Positions 1 to 9,367 of a stretch of 64,000 nucleotides of DNA are shown piece after piece. The position numbers and the translations under genes were made by a program. Source of the stretch: Candidatus Poribacteria bacterium (GTDB lineage: Bacteria; Poribacteria; WGA-4E; WGA-3G); NCBI GenBank assembly GCA_965215265.1, contig OZ244048.1:2048001-2112000 (forward strand). Reading direction: 5' to 3'. Each line of letters starts with the position of its first letter. Position 1 is the stretch's first letter. The notes under the pieces were generated by a model. The model had not been told where the DNA came from, did not search any database, and worked only from the letters and a program-made list of their open reading frames with translations.

Positions 1-1180
1 ACTGAGCGCGTGTGGGTTCAATCAGTTTAGCACGACTGATAATGTTCAGTCCCTCCGGCGAAACCGTGGTAATTAGGAGCTCGCCGCGCTCATTAAACAT
101 CCATACCTTATCGGCATTTTTGATAAAATGAATATTACTCCACCGCCCTTTCGGCACAGCGGAGAGATCTTCCCAAATCCTATCGCCGTTCCGAGCATCC
201 AGACAGCGGAGCTCACCGTAACTATCTACACCGTAAATATAATTGCCCTTGCGTATAGGGGTAGACATCGTCGAATGCAGCGCATCTGTGTTCGTTTCGT
301 CTTTCCCTTTTCTATGCCATGCGAGCTCAGCTGCAAACTTCTCCGGTGCCAGTTTGAGTAGCATCGAGCCCTCAAAGAAATCGGTGATGAACAACTCGTT
401 TTCGTGAAAAATAGGTGTCGCAATACCTATCTCCATGCGCGACGGCAGAAACGGATGCAGCCACAACACCTCGCCTGTGTCCGGATTAAGAGCGGCGACA
501 TTAGCCCCGGTCCAACAGATTAAGACCCGTTTGCCTGCTTGCTTGATGATAATTGGTGCGGAATAGGAGGCTTTATCGTCAAGTGCCCGCCATTTTTCCG
601 CTCCGGTTTTCCGGTCAAACGCTACGATACACGCCCCCGGTGTGCCCCCGATTTGGACAATGAGGTGTTCGCCTTCAATGATTGGCGCACTCGCAATACC
701 CCACGTTGGCATGTTTATATTATACTCGACGTTCAGGTCTTTTTTCCACCTGATTTCGCCAGTGATAGCATCAAAACAGTGCAGATGCCCCATCGCCCCT
801 AGGGCGTAGGCAAGCCCATCGTTAACAGTGACAGTCGCCCGTGGGCCAGCAGTGTAGTCAATTCTGTAGTCACACTCATAACTATAGGACCAGAGCACTT
901 CTCCAGTTTCCCAGTCAAAGCAGTGTACACGTTCTACCTGCTTCGGTTTCGTCAGCCGGTCTGTAACGTAAACGCGCCCATCGGCAATGCTCGGCCCACT
1001 GTAACCGCTGCCAATCGGCACGCGCCAACGGATAGGGATATCCGGACCGTCAAATTTCTCAATCAGTCCTGTCTCGTTCCACACGCCGTTTCGGTGTGTT
1101 CCTCGCCATTGCGGCCATTCATCCGCAAAAACTGCCGGAACCCCTAATAGGAGAATGAGCCCAATTGCAATCTGTTTCAT
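1..1180 (-). CDS. PQQ-binding-like beta-propeller secreted protein (3' end runs off the window; absent from the ORF track)
   Basis: Manual minus-strand translation from ATG at 1180 gives MKQIAIGLILLLGVPAVFADEWPQWRG...GSGYSGPSIADGRVY...ASAPII...ASYSAP. This is a signal peptide plus a WPQWRG-type propeller, paralogous to 55619..57001. Confidence 0.85.
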   Translation of the reverse strand, partial: MKQIAIGLILLLGVPAVFADEWPQWRGTHRNGVWNETGLIEKFDGPDIPIRWRVPIGSGYSGPSIADGRVYVTDRLTKPKQVERVHCFDWETGEVLWSYSYECDYRIDYTAGPRATVTVNDGLAYALGAMGHLHCFDAITGEIRWKKDLNVEYNINMPTWGIASAPIIEGEHLIVQIGGTPGACIVAFDRKTGAEKWRALDDKASYSAPIIIKQAGKRVLICWTGANVAALNPDTGEVLWLHPFLPSRMEIGIATPIFHENELFITDFFEGSMLLKLAPEKFAAELAWHRKGKDETNTDALHSTMSTPIRKGNYIYGVDSYGELRCLDARNGDRIWEDLSAVPKGRWSNIHFIKNADKVWMFNERGELLITTVSPEGLNIISRAKLIEPTRAQ

Positions 1181-1193
1181 AATTTATTCCTTT

Positions 1194-1808
1194 TTATTTT
1201 TTAATTTTTGAACGTTGCCCCGTTTTGAAGAACGTATCAATCACGCCAAATAAGCGCGGCAAATCCGTAAAACTAAATGGAGTTAGGTTTTGGGTAAACG
1301 TATCGCAGACCAGCCGTCCAAATTGCCAAAATATACCATCGGTAACGATGCCGTAGATAGGAAACGTCGCATCATCATTTATTTTTTTGGCAGCAACTAA
1401 TTCCGCGAGACATTGTGCCCAGCCTCGCTCAAAATCGTTCTTCTTCGCCTCGACGAGCATTAGTATAGGGGTACCCACGACAGATAGACCCAATTCGGAT
1501 TTCGTGGCAATAGAGTAATCTGGTGTCGTGCTCAGTGTCTCATCGTGGCCAATTGATTCGTGGCTCCAAAGCACGTAGTTATCCGCATACCGTTTGTAGA
1601 TTTCTCGTAAAATCGGAAAGATAATCGTCTCACACCTTGTAACCTCAGATCTAAAAATATTAAGATACTGCTTGTTGAACTCAAATTCCCGCAGAAATTC
1701 TGTCGAAGGAGTTATGGTTGCCTCGGCATCCACAAAGTCAGCCAACACGTATCTAATTCTGAATTTTTCTTGAACTTCAGCGACGGTTTTGAAATCACTA
1801 AACGCCAT
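1194..1808 (-). CDS. Hypothetical protein with PD-(D/E)XK / HsdR-N-like motif
   Basis: Probable start MAFSDFK at 1808, preceded by GGGGGG. Motifs TPDY...LVEAKK...GWAQCLAELVAA...IYGIVTDG. Confidence 0.6.
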   Translation of the reverse strand: MAFSDFKTVAEVQEKFRIRYVLADFVDAEATITPSTEFLREFEFNKQYLNIFRSEVTRCETIIFPILREIYKRYADNYVLWSHESIGHDETLSTTPDYSIATKSELGLSVVGTPILMLVEAKKNDFERGWAQCLAELVAAKKINDDATFPIYGIVTDGIFWQFGRLVCDTFTQNLTPFSFTDLPRLFGVIDTFFKTGQRSKIKK

Positions 1809-1824
1809 GAGAGTTACCCCCCCC

Positions 1825-2295
1825 TCAACCTGCCGTATGCTGCCGCAGCCAAGCAACCATCTTTTGATAAATGTCCGCAGTCTTTTTATATCTGCGTTTC
1901 AATTTTCTCAATTCAGCATGTGCCCCGTCAATTCGGCTCTGTTTGAGTGCATCCGAATTCCGATGGGTGTCCCCTTCGTACGTTACCTGCACAAGGGGCT
2001 CAAGGTGTTTTACTATCACCCCACTGTCGCGAAGATGTTCCCATATAAGGCGCGTGGCACATGTACTGTTTCTGTTTTTAAATGCAGGAGGCTTATGGTC
2101 GAATCTGTGGCATTCTGGACAGTAAGTGTTGCCGACATCAACTAAACAGTCCGCACGCTGCATCACTTTTTCCGGCACTTTCCGACTCACAAACAGCACC
2201 TCAGTTGGCTGATCGCGAAAGAGGAAATCTTGGGCAAGCCATGCACTCACGATGGCATCAAGGTCCGGATTGGCATGTGTGACTATCAGTTTCAT
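1825..2295 (-). CDS. Small DHH/MYG1-like phosphoesterase domain protein
   Basis: IVTHANPDLDA (DHH motif I), VDVG, RFDHK, STCAT. Confidence 0.55.
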   Translation of the reverse strand: MKLIVTHANPDLDAIVSAWLAQDFLFRDQPTEVLFVSRKVPEKVMQRADCLVDVGNTYCPECHRFDHKPPAFKNRNSTCATRLIWEHLRDSGVIVKHLEPLVQVTYEGDTHRNSDALKQSRIDGAHAELRKLKRRYKKTADIYQKMVAWLRQHTAG

Positions 2296-2410
2296 TTTTC
2301 TTTCGGTGTATCGGATAAAGGCATGTTGCGCGGCGACAGCCGAGTGCTCTCAGCTTTTCTATTTTATTCAAGTACGGGTAGCATGCGAAAGCACGCTTGA
2401 TCATTTCATA

Positions 2411-3283
2411 TCAGTTTTCGGTCGGGATGTCCATAGCACATCGGAAACCTCGCAAAAGCGAACCGGGGTTGCCCCCCAAACGACTTGCACAACGGGTGAA
2501 GTCTAAATTTTCGGCCCAGCCGCCCCCTTTTAAAACATGTCCGTCTCCGGTTTCCGGACCCTGTGGATTGATAGCACTGGCAACGGTGCGATAGTAATCC
2601 GGATCGTACCAATCGGATACCCACTCCCATAGATTGCCTGCCATATCCAGGGCACCATACGGACTTGCCCCCTGCGGAAACTGGCCTACCGGTGCTGTCT
2701 CTTTATAGCCATCTTTTAGACCTGTCCCGTCATTTCCGCTGAGCTTTGTTGCATCCCACTCATTGCCCCAGGGCCAAAAACGGCCATCAGTGCCGCGCGC
2801 GGCTTTCTCCCACTCCGCCTCCGTCGGCAAACGTTTACCTGCCCATTCGGCGTAAGCTGCAGCGTCTTCCCATTCAAGCACGGCCGCGGGCATATCAGGC
2901 GCATTATACGGCAGGTAATCCAAATAGTGTTTCGGTTCATAACCGGTTATAGCAAGAAACTTTTTGTACTGCCGATTGCTAACCTCAAGCCGGTCAATGT
3001 AGAACGCATCGACAAACACCTGCCGTTGTGGGCGTTCGTTGTCAAAACGTGATATGTTGCGCAGTGGGAACATAACTTTGTACTGTTCAATATCCGCATC
3101 GCTGCTACCCATTAAAAACTCACCCGCGGGGACATAAACCATGATAGCCCCGTCTTTAGGAGTTGTGAAGGTTTTGAGAGGTAGGGTGCCAACAAACGGA
3201 GAGTCGACCCTTTCATGGCAGGCAGGCACGAATAGTGAAAGGATGGTAACTATTAACAGAACAGTGAGAGCGCTAAATTTCAT
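2411..3283 (-). CDS. SUMF1/FGE-sulfatase domain lipoprotein
   Basis: GEFLMGS, RLPTEAEWEKAARG, DMAGNLWEWVSDWY, GFRC; N-terminal signal with PAC lipobox-like Cys. Confidence 0.9.
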   Translation of the reverse strand: MKFSALTVLLIVTILSLFVPACHERVDSPFVGTLPLKTFTTPKDGAIMVYVPAGEFLMGSSDADIEQYKVMFPLRNISRFDNERPQRQVFVDAFYIDRLEVSNRQYKKFLAITGYEPKHYLDYLPYNAPDMPAAVLEWEDAAAYAEWAGKRLPTEAEWEKAARGTDGRFWPWGNEWDATKLSGNDGTGLKDGYKETAPVGQFPQGASPYGALDMAGNLWEWVSDWYDPDYYRTVASAINPQGPETGDGHVLKGGGWAENLDFTRCASRLGGNPGSLLRGFRCAMDIPTEN

Positions 3284-3290
3284 CTATTTT

Positions 3291-3320
3291 AAAAGGGCGG
3301 ATATCAGACAGATCCGCCCT
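3291..3320 (-). terminator. Intrinsic terminator-like hairpin
   Basis: Perfect 9-bp stem AGGGCGGAT/ATCCGCCCT followed by a short T run on the minus strand, just after the 3332 stop codon. Confidence 0.6.
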
Positions 3321-3331
3321 AACACAAATCA

Positions 3332-4135
3332 TTAACGGCCCTGCTTCAAGTCTGCCCACGTTGTGGACAACTTTCCAGCAGGCTCAACAGGCGTTGTTGA
3401 CATCAGCCAAGTGATAATCTCAGCAGCGACCGCGCCTTTCGGTTCATCCCCATTTGCTGTTTGGATAACCGGTATCAACCTACCGAGGTTCCCATCGCGA
3501 ACAATAATGGGATCTGCACGGCTACCATCATCATTTTGTGCAAGCGAGACCTCTACTGCCCAATCGCCATCTAATTCATCAACATGGAACGGGCGATCCG
3601 AGGCAAAATCGGTTAAACTCGGAGAAATCGCTTTACCTTCCTCCGTGACAACCATCGCGGTATCATCATCCCACATCGTGATGCCTTCAATATCCATCAT
3701 GTTTTGGAGCCCACCCACTTCATTTCTACCACTCAAACCCCAGAACATATAGTCCGCGTGGTTAATAAACGCATCGCCATCCGTGGTTTCAATGAAAGTT
3801 TCAGCAATGGAACCGTCTGTCTGTGAATTGCCCTCCGGATAAATCGTCGGCGGGAGATCTCCGTAGAGAACACAGATATCCAGTCCATCGTCACCTGTGA
3901 CTCCTTCCATCCACGCGGCGAGGGCATCCATGTCGCCGTCGCTGTCAAACAACGTCGTGGAGATACCGGCCGCATCCAGCATGTCAACCGCGATTTGGGC
4001 TTGTTCGTCGGCAGGTGCCTTGCCAATCCATTGCACGGTACCTGTGTAGATTGCCACTTCACCGGCAGCAAATAGCGGCGCTAAGGGTAATGCTATTAAA
4101 GCAATAGCGGTTAGAAAAAGAAACCATTTGTTCAT
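3332..4135 (-). CDS. Secreted acidic hypothetical protein with C-terminal VEPAGKLSTTWADLK motif
   Basis: Signal peptide; paralog of 4141..4971 (shared QWIG, ADYxFWG, GGxxNMMDI, DRPFHVD). Confidence 0.8.
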   Translation of the reverse strand: MNKWFLFLTAIALIALPLAPLFAAGEVAIYTGTVQWIGKAPADEQAQIAVDMLDAAGISTTLFDSDGDMDALAAWMEGVTGDDGLDICVLYGDLPPTIYPEGNSQTDGSIAETFIETTDGDAFINHADYMFWGLSGRNEVGGLQNMMDIEGITMWDDDTAMVVTEEGKAISPSLTDFASDRPFHVDELDGDWAVEVSLAQNDDGSRADPIIVRDGNLGRLIPVIQTANGDEPKGAVAAEIITWLMSTTPVEPAGKLSTTWADLKQGR

Positions 4136-4140
4136 TATTT

Positions 4141-4971
4141 TTACCTCCGGGTTTTAATATCTCCCCACAGTGCAGGAAGTTTGTCTTTGGGGTCAACATC
4201 AAGTGCCCCCACGGTTTCAAGATAGTAATTCAAAATAATTTCCGAGATAACCTCGCCTTTCGGATCGTCCTGGTTCGCCGTTTGGTAAACCTGGATGAGA
4301 CGGGCATCGGTCTTCGTATTCCGGACGATGCACGGGTCACACCGGTCGGCACCGGCGGCTTTGCCGGTATCCGTAGCGAATGCAATTTCCAATTCCCAAT
4401 CATTTTTAAGCAGGTCAACGTGGAACGGGCGATCTGTCGCATAATCATCCAAGCTAGGAGTCAACTCTTTACCTTCTTTTGTAACCTTCATCGGCGTATC
4501 GTCATCCCACTGAACCATATCCGGAATATCCATCATGTTTTTGATGCCACCCTCTTCATTTCGGCCGCCTTTTCCCCAAAAGAAGTAGTCAGCACTGTTT
4601 GAGAAAGTGTTCCCGGCATCGAGGAATTCCTCAGCAACCGTTCCTTTTTTCGCATCTTTACCGACATCATAAATTTCGGGCGGGATATCCCCGAACAGGA
4701 CAATTATGTGATGTCCTTTATCGACGGTGTGTTTCTTGGTCCAGGCTTCAATCGCTTTTGCCGGATCGTTAACTACCTCACCAATCCCGCGTTGTCCTTC
4801 GATTTCCTTGATTAGGATATCGGCTTCTTCTTGGGCTTGCGCTTGGCCAATCCATTGGACTGTCTCCGTGTAGACAAAGACATCGACTTTCGGAGCAGCA
4901 TCAGCTGGCGGTGCCCAGAGTGCTAGGGTTGCAGTGCACAACACACTAGCAACAATAATAAATAGCCTCAT
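4141..4971 (-). CDS. Secreted hypothetical protein with C-terminal VDPKDKLPALWGDIK motif
   Basis: Signal peptide (ADA cleavage), GGGAG RBS; paralog of 3332..4135. Confidence 0.8.
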   Translation of the reverse strand: MRLFIIVASVLCTATLALWAPPADAAPKVDVFVYTETVQWIGQAQAQEEADILIKEIEGQRGIGEVVNDPAKAIEAWTKKHTVDKGHHIIVLFGDIPPEIYDVGKDAKKGTVAEEFLDAGNTFSNSADYFFWGKGGRNEEGGIKNMMDIPDMVQWDDDTPMKVTKEGKELTPSLDDYATDRPFHVDLLKNDWELEIAFATDTGKAAGADRCDPCIVRNTKTDARLIQVYQTANQDDPKGEVISEIILNYYLETVGALDVDPKDKLPALWGDIKTRR

Positions 4972-5191
4972 TTTACAAACTCCCTCTATTCAGATTAAGT
5001 AGTTGTGTATCAAACTATGCTTTTTGCCTGCTCAGTGCAGACAAACGACATGTTAATATTTAATCTTACTTTTTTATCAAAAATTTGTCAAGAAAAAAAA
5101 TGTTAAAATCCGGAAAAGTGTAGAAATTTTAAGGTTAATGTGCTAAAATCAGTGAATAACGTGATTTGTACCTTCAAACATGAAAATCGGC

Positions 5192-5220
5192 TTGCTATTT
5201 GTTTTGAATTCTGCTATGAT
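5192..5220 (+). promoter_or_regulatory. Sigma70-like promoter for the RM gene
   Basis: TTGCTA-17 nt-TATGAT with extended TG, ending 6 nt before the ATG at 5227. Confidence 0.5.
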
Positions 5221-5226
5221 AAGGAC

Positions 5227-8200
5227 ATGCGAAACTTGAGGCTGAACTCCAACAGTAAATCTGTCCGTGACTACTACACGACGCTGGAACGCTACGAACA
5301 GAGCCACATCGTCCACGAAGGTGCGGTGAGTATTCCGCTGGGGACGCTGCTGCAAACGTGTGCGCGACAGGTAGATGCGGTATTTGTGCCGCAATATGCT
5401 ATGCGTACGGAACGCGGAAACCGTATCATTCTTGACGGTGCGATTCTTGACGAGTATGAACTCCCCTTCGCTTATTGTGAAGCGAAAGACATGGCAGATG
5501 ATCTGGAACGTGAAATTACACGGAAGATTGACGCGGGCTACCCGACATCTAATATCTTCTTCTACACGCCGCAGCGCGGTGTCCTCTATCAGAACGACAA
5601 GAGAGTGCTTGACGTAGACATGACGCAGCCTGACAGGCTCCTTGAGGCAGTGCAGCGTCTGTTTTCAGAGCCGTTTGCCGCGATTGAGAAGTGGCACGCC
5701 GCTGTTTCTGCATTCAAAGAGAGGGTCCCTGCGCTCGGGCGAGAACTCGCTCAACTCATCCGGCAACAGCACCAAACCAATACACGCTTCACCAGCGCCT
5801 TTGCTGATTTTTACCGGCAGTGCCGCGCATCAATCAATCCGAATCTGTCTAAAGCCGCAGTGGAAGAGATGCTCATCCAACACCTGCTCACAGAACGCAT
5901 TTTCCGCACCGTCTTTGATAATCCTGACTTCACCCGCAGAAATATCATCGCCCGCGACATTGAAAAAGTCATTTATGCACTCACGCACCACGCTTTCAGT
6001 CGAGACGGCTTCATGCGGCGTCTTGAGCCGTTCTATCGTGCGATTGAGCAAGCGGCTACGCTCTGCACGGATTTCTCCCAAAAACAACACTTCTTGAACA
6101 CGGTTTATGAACAGTTCTTCCAAGGGTTCTCCATAGAAGTTGCAGATACGCATGGGATTGTCTATACGCCGCAACCGATAGTCGATTTCATGGTGAAAAG
6201 TGTGGAATCCCTCTTAGAAACCGAGTTCAACCGTTCGCTTTCCGAGCCGGGTGTGCACATCATAGACCCGTTCGTTGGGACAGGCAACTTCATCGTGCGT
6301 CTGATGCAAGACATTGAAGGCACAATGTTGGAGGAGAAATACGGCGGGGAACTCCACTGCAACGAGTTGATGCTTTTGCCGTATTACATCTCCAGTTTGA
6401 ACATAGAGCATGAATATTTCCGCCGGACGGGTGAATACCTGCCGTTTGAGGGCATCTGCCTTGTGGATACGTTTGAGTTGCTTGAATCGCAGCAAGCCCA
6501 ACTCTTCACGCGTGAAAACACGGCCCGGGTGGAGCGTCAGAAAGCGTCGGAGATGTTTGTAGTTCTCGGGAATCCGCCCTACAATGCTGGCCAGGTGAAT
6601 GAGAACGATAACAACAAAAATCGGCAGTATCCAGCGATGGATAAACGCATCGCGGAAACGTACGTATCAGATTCCATGGCGCAGAACAGAAATCAGTTAT
6701 ATGATCCGTATGTGAAGGCAATTCGATGGGGGTTGGATAGGATAGGGAATGAAGGTATTGTCGCCTTGATAACGAACAATAGCTTCCTTGACGGATTGGC
6801 TTTCGACGGGATGCGGAAACACCTCGCGGCCGACTGCGATGCACTCTATGTTCTGGACTTGGGGGGCAATGCGAGGCGAGGCTTAAAGGTCTCTGACACA
6901 AATGTATTCGGAATCCAGGTCGGTGTCAGTATCAACCTGTTTGTGAAGAAACATCAAAAATCACCGGAGCCCTGCCGTATCTGTTACCATCGCCCCGATG
7001 AACTGTGGAATAGACAACGGAAGTTTGATTTTCTGAATGAACGCCAACATGCTGGGAATATTGAGTGGCAAACCATCGCCCCGGATGCCCGATACACGTG
7101 GCTGACGGAAGGACTCAAAGCCGAGTTTGATACCTTTATTCCTATCGGAACGCAGACAGCAAAGGCGGCAAAAAAAGCAGCAGCCGGTGTGATTTTTCAT
7201 CAATTTAGCAATGGTGTGCAAACCAGTCGTGATGCGTGGACCATCAATTTCAACGCCCAGGCGCTCTCTCAAAATATGCAGCGGATGATTGAGAACTACA
7301 ATATGCAGGTTTTGAAGTGGCAGCATCAGAGCGCTCGAGGTGCCAACGTTGATGATTTTGTGGATGCTGATGCCACGAAAATTAAGTGGAGTTCCACGTT
7401 AAAACGGCATCTGAATAGCGGACATCTCGCTGAATTTGAAGACTCAAAACTGCGGCGATGCCTCTACCGCCCTTTCACGAAGCGGGCGCTCTACTTTGAT
7501 CGGATGCTGATACACCGGCCCGGGCTCTTTCCTTTCATCTTCCCAACGACTGAGACGGAAAAAGAGAATCGGGTGATTTGTGTCAATATGACAAAAGAAA
7601 AACCTTTTACTTCTCTAATGGTTAATCGCATTCCCGAGCTCGTCATGACAGGCGGTTTTGGATCTCCGACGCAATGTTTCCCTTTCTATATCTACGCCGA
7701 GGACGGCAGCAACCGCCGTGAAAACATCACGGAGTGGGCATTGGCAGCGTTCAGAACTCACTACGGCGAGGACACCATCAGCAAGTGGGACATCTTTCAC
7801 TACATCTATGCGCTATTGCATCAGCCGGACTATCGCGAAACTTATCAGATGAACCTGAAGCGCGATTTACCTCACATCCCATTTGCACCAGATTTCTGGG
7901 CGTTCGTGAGCATTGGCGCGCGGCTAGCAGAACTTCACGTCAACTATGAAACGCAGCCCGAATCTGCAGGCTTGCAGTTTATTGAGACACCTAATGTCCA
8001 GCGGGATTGGCGTGTCGAGAAGATGAGATTCTCGAAAGAGAAGACGCAGTTGCACTACAACGACTTCCTGACGATAGCCGGTATTCCGGATGAGGTTTTT
8101 GTGTATCGTTTAGGAACGCGTAGTGCGTTGGAGTGGGTGGTGGATGGGTATCGTGTGAAGGTAGACAAACGGAGTGGCATTGTGAACGATCCGAATCGTG

Positions 8201-8298
8201 CGGATGTGCCGAAATATATTGTGGAATTAATCGGACGGGTTGTGTCGATGAGTCTAGAGACGGTGAAGCTTGTGGGGCAGCTGCCGCCGCTAGCATGA
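5227..8298 (+). CDS. Single-polypeptide restriction-modification enzyme (N6-adenine MTase with Type ISP/LlaBIII-like C-terminal specificity region, no helicase)
   Basis: N-terminal LDG...EAKD nuclease-like motif; YTPQPIVDFMV; motif I DPFVGTGNF; motif IV GNPPY; C-terminal YRPF...DIFHYIYALL...YRLGTRSALEWVVD. Confidence 0.85.
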   Translation: MRNLRLNSNSKSVRDYYTTLERYEQSHIVHEGAVSIPLGTLLQTCARQVDAVFVPQYAMRTERGNRIILDGAILDEYELPFAYCEAKDMADDLEREITRKIDAGYPTSNIFFYTPQRGVLYQNDKRVLDVDMTQPDRLLEAVQRLFSEPFAAIEKWHAAVSAFKERVPALGRELAQLIRQQHQTNTRFTSAFADFYRQCRASINPNLSKAAVEEMLIQHLLTERIFRTVFDNPDFTRRNIIARDIEKVIYALTHHAFSRDGFMRRLEPFYRAIEQAATLCTDFSQKQHFLNTVYEQFFQGFSIEVADTHGIVYTPQPIVDFMVKSVESLLETEFNRSLSEPGVHIIDPFVGTGNFIVRLMQDIEGTMLEEKYGGELHCNELMLLPYYISSLNIEHEYFRRTGEYLPFEGICLVDTFELLESQQAQLFTRENTARVERQKASEMFVVLGNPPYNAGQVNENDNNKNRQYPAMDKRIAETYVSDSMAQNRNQLYDPYVKAIRWGLDRIGNEGIVALITNNSFLDGLAFDGMRKHLAADCDALYVLDLGGNARRGLKVSDTNVFGIQVGVSINLFVKKHQKSPEPCRICYHRPDELWNRQRKFDFLNERQHAGNIEWQTIAPDARYTWLTEGLKAEFDTFIPIGTQTAKAAKKAAAGVIFHQFSNGVQTSRDAWTINFNAQALSQNMQRMIENYNMQVLKWQHQSARGANVDDFVDADATKIKWSSTLKRHLNSGHLAEFEDSKLRRCLYRPFTKRALYFDRMLIHRPGLFPFIFPTTETEKENRVICVNMTKEKPFTSLMVNRIPELVMTGGFGSPTQCFPFYIYAEDGSNRRENITEWALAAFRTHYGEDTISKWDIFHYIYALLHQPDYRETYQMNLKRDLPHIPFAPDFWAFVSIGARLAELHVNYETQPESAGLQFIETPNVQRDWRVEKMRFSKEKTQLHYNDFLTIAGIPDEVFVYRLGTRSALEWVVDGYRVKVDKRSGIVNDPNRADVPKYIVELIGRVVSMSLETVKLVGQLPPLA

Positions 8299-8491
8299 TA
8301 GCGAATTGCGTTCAATTAATGCGAGCATCAGAAAGCAAAATGGATAATAGAATATCCGTTTCATGGTTCATCTTCTAGGGTAAATTTAAAGAGGATGCGT
8401 TTTCGTAAATCTGTTGAATATGCCCTAATCGTAAACGATAACATAAGTCTCAGAAAATGTAAACTTATTTTTGGGATATACGATAAATGAG

Positions 8492-9367
8492 TTAAACACT
8501 CGCAAGAACAACCCGTTCTTTCTGTGCGTAATCCTTGAGCAGCGTATATGTACGATACATAGGTTGGGCATCCATGAGAGCTCGAACGGCATCGGCTTGT
8601 GTATCACCAATTTCAAAGATGAGTTTTCCGTTCAGCGCGAGATACTCAGGTGCCTCAGCCACGAAACGCCGGATTACGTCCAATCCATCGTCGCCAGCAA
8701 ATAGGGCGATCTCCGGCTCATAGTCACGCACATCAACACTCAAGGTATCCCTGTCTCCAATTTTGATATAGGGCGGGTTGCAGACAATCCAATTAAACAA
8801 GGTTGGGGTCCGGAGATGTGCATCTATCGGGGCGAATAGATCGCCAGTGAAGAAGGTAATTTTCTCGGTGCATGCATGCGTCTCCGCGTTTTTCCGTGCT
8901 ACAACTAATGCCGCTTCAGATATATCCGTCGCCACGATGTCCCATTCCGGGCGATGTACCCCTACACTTGTAGCGATAACGCCGCTACCCGTGCCAAGGT
9001 CGAGTAACTGCTGCGGTTGCGCTGTGCTGCAGCTCAAAATCGTCTCAACCAATTGTTCTGTCTCGGGGCGCGGAATGAGCACCTGTTCATCAACATAGAA
9101 ATCTAACGATAGGAATTCCTTCTGGTTTGTGAGATAACTGACGGGGGTACGTGCAATCCGTTTTTTGATGAGTTCGCGGAGCGGGATGAGATGTTCCTGA
9201 AAGACCGGCATTTCATAGTGGAGATAGAGCTGCAGCCGGCTTTTTTGTAGGAGGTGAGCGAGTAAGACTTCGGCATCTAATCGCGGATTAGGAATGCCGT
9301 GCTTTGCAAAATAGTCCGATGTCCACCGAAGTAGATCCAGCACACGCCATATTTTTCTACCGGTCAT
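8492..9367 (-). CDS. prmC: Release factor glutamine methyltransferase
   Basis: LIPRPETE, DLGTGSG, NPPY; directly downstream of prfA. Confidence 0.95.
   Translation of the reverse strand: MTGRKIWRVLDLLRWTSDYFAKHGIPNPRLDAEVLLAHLLQKSRLQLYLHYEMPVFQEHLIPLRELIKKRIARTPVSYLTNQKEFLSLDFYVDEQVLIPRPETEQLVETILSCSTAQPQQLLDLGTGSGVIATSVGVHRPEWDIVATDISEAALVVARKNAETHACTEKITFFTGDLFAPIDAHLRTPTLFNWIVCNPPYIKIGDRDTLSVDVRDYEPEIALFAGDDGLDVIRRFVAEAPEYLALNGKLIFEIGDTQADAVRALMDAQPMYRTYTLLKDYAQKERVVLASV

Noticed and set aside
128-1147. Several short plus-strand ORFs in the track
   Set aside because: They lie opposite the real minus-strand propeller gene (1..1180).
8300-8490. Possible att site or transposase flanking the RM gene
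   Set aside because: No integrase, transposase or flanking direct repeat was found by eye.
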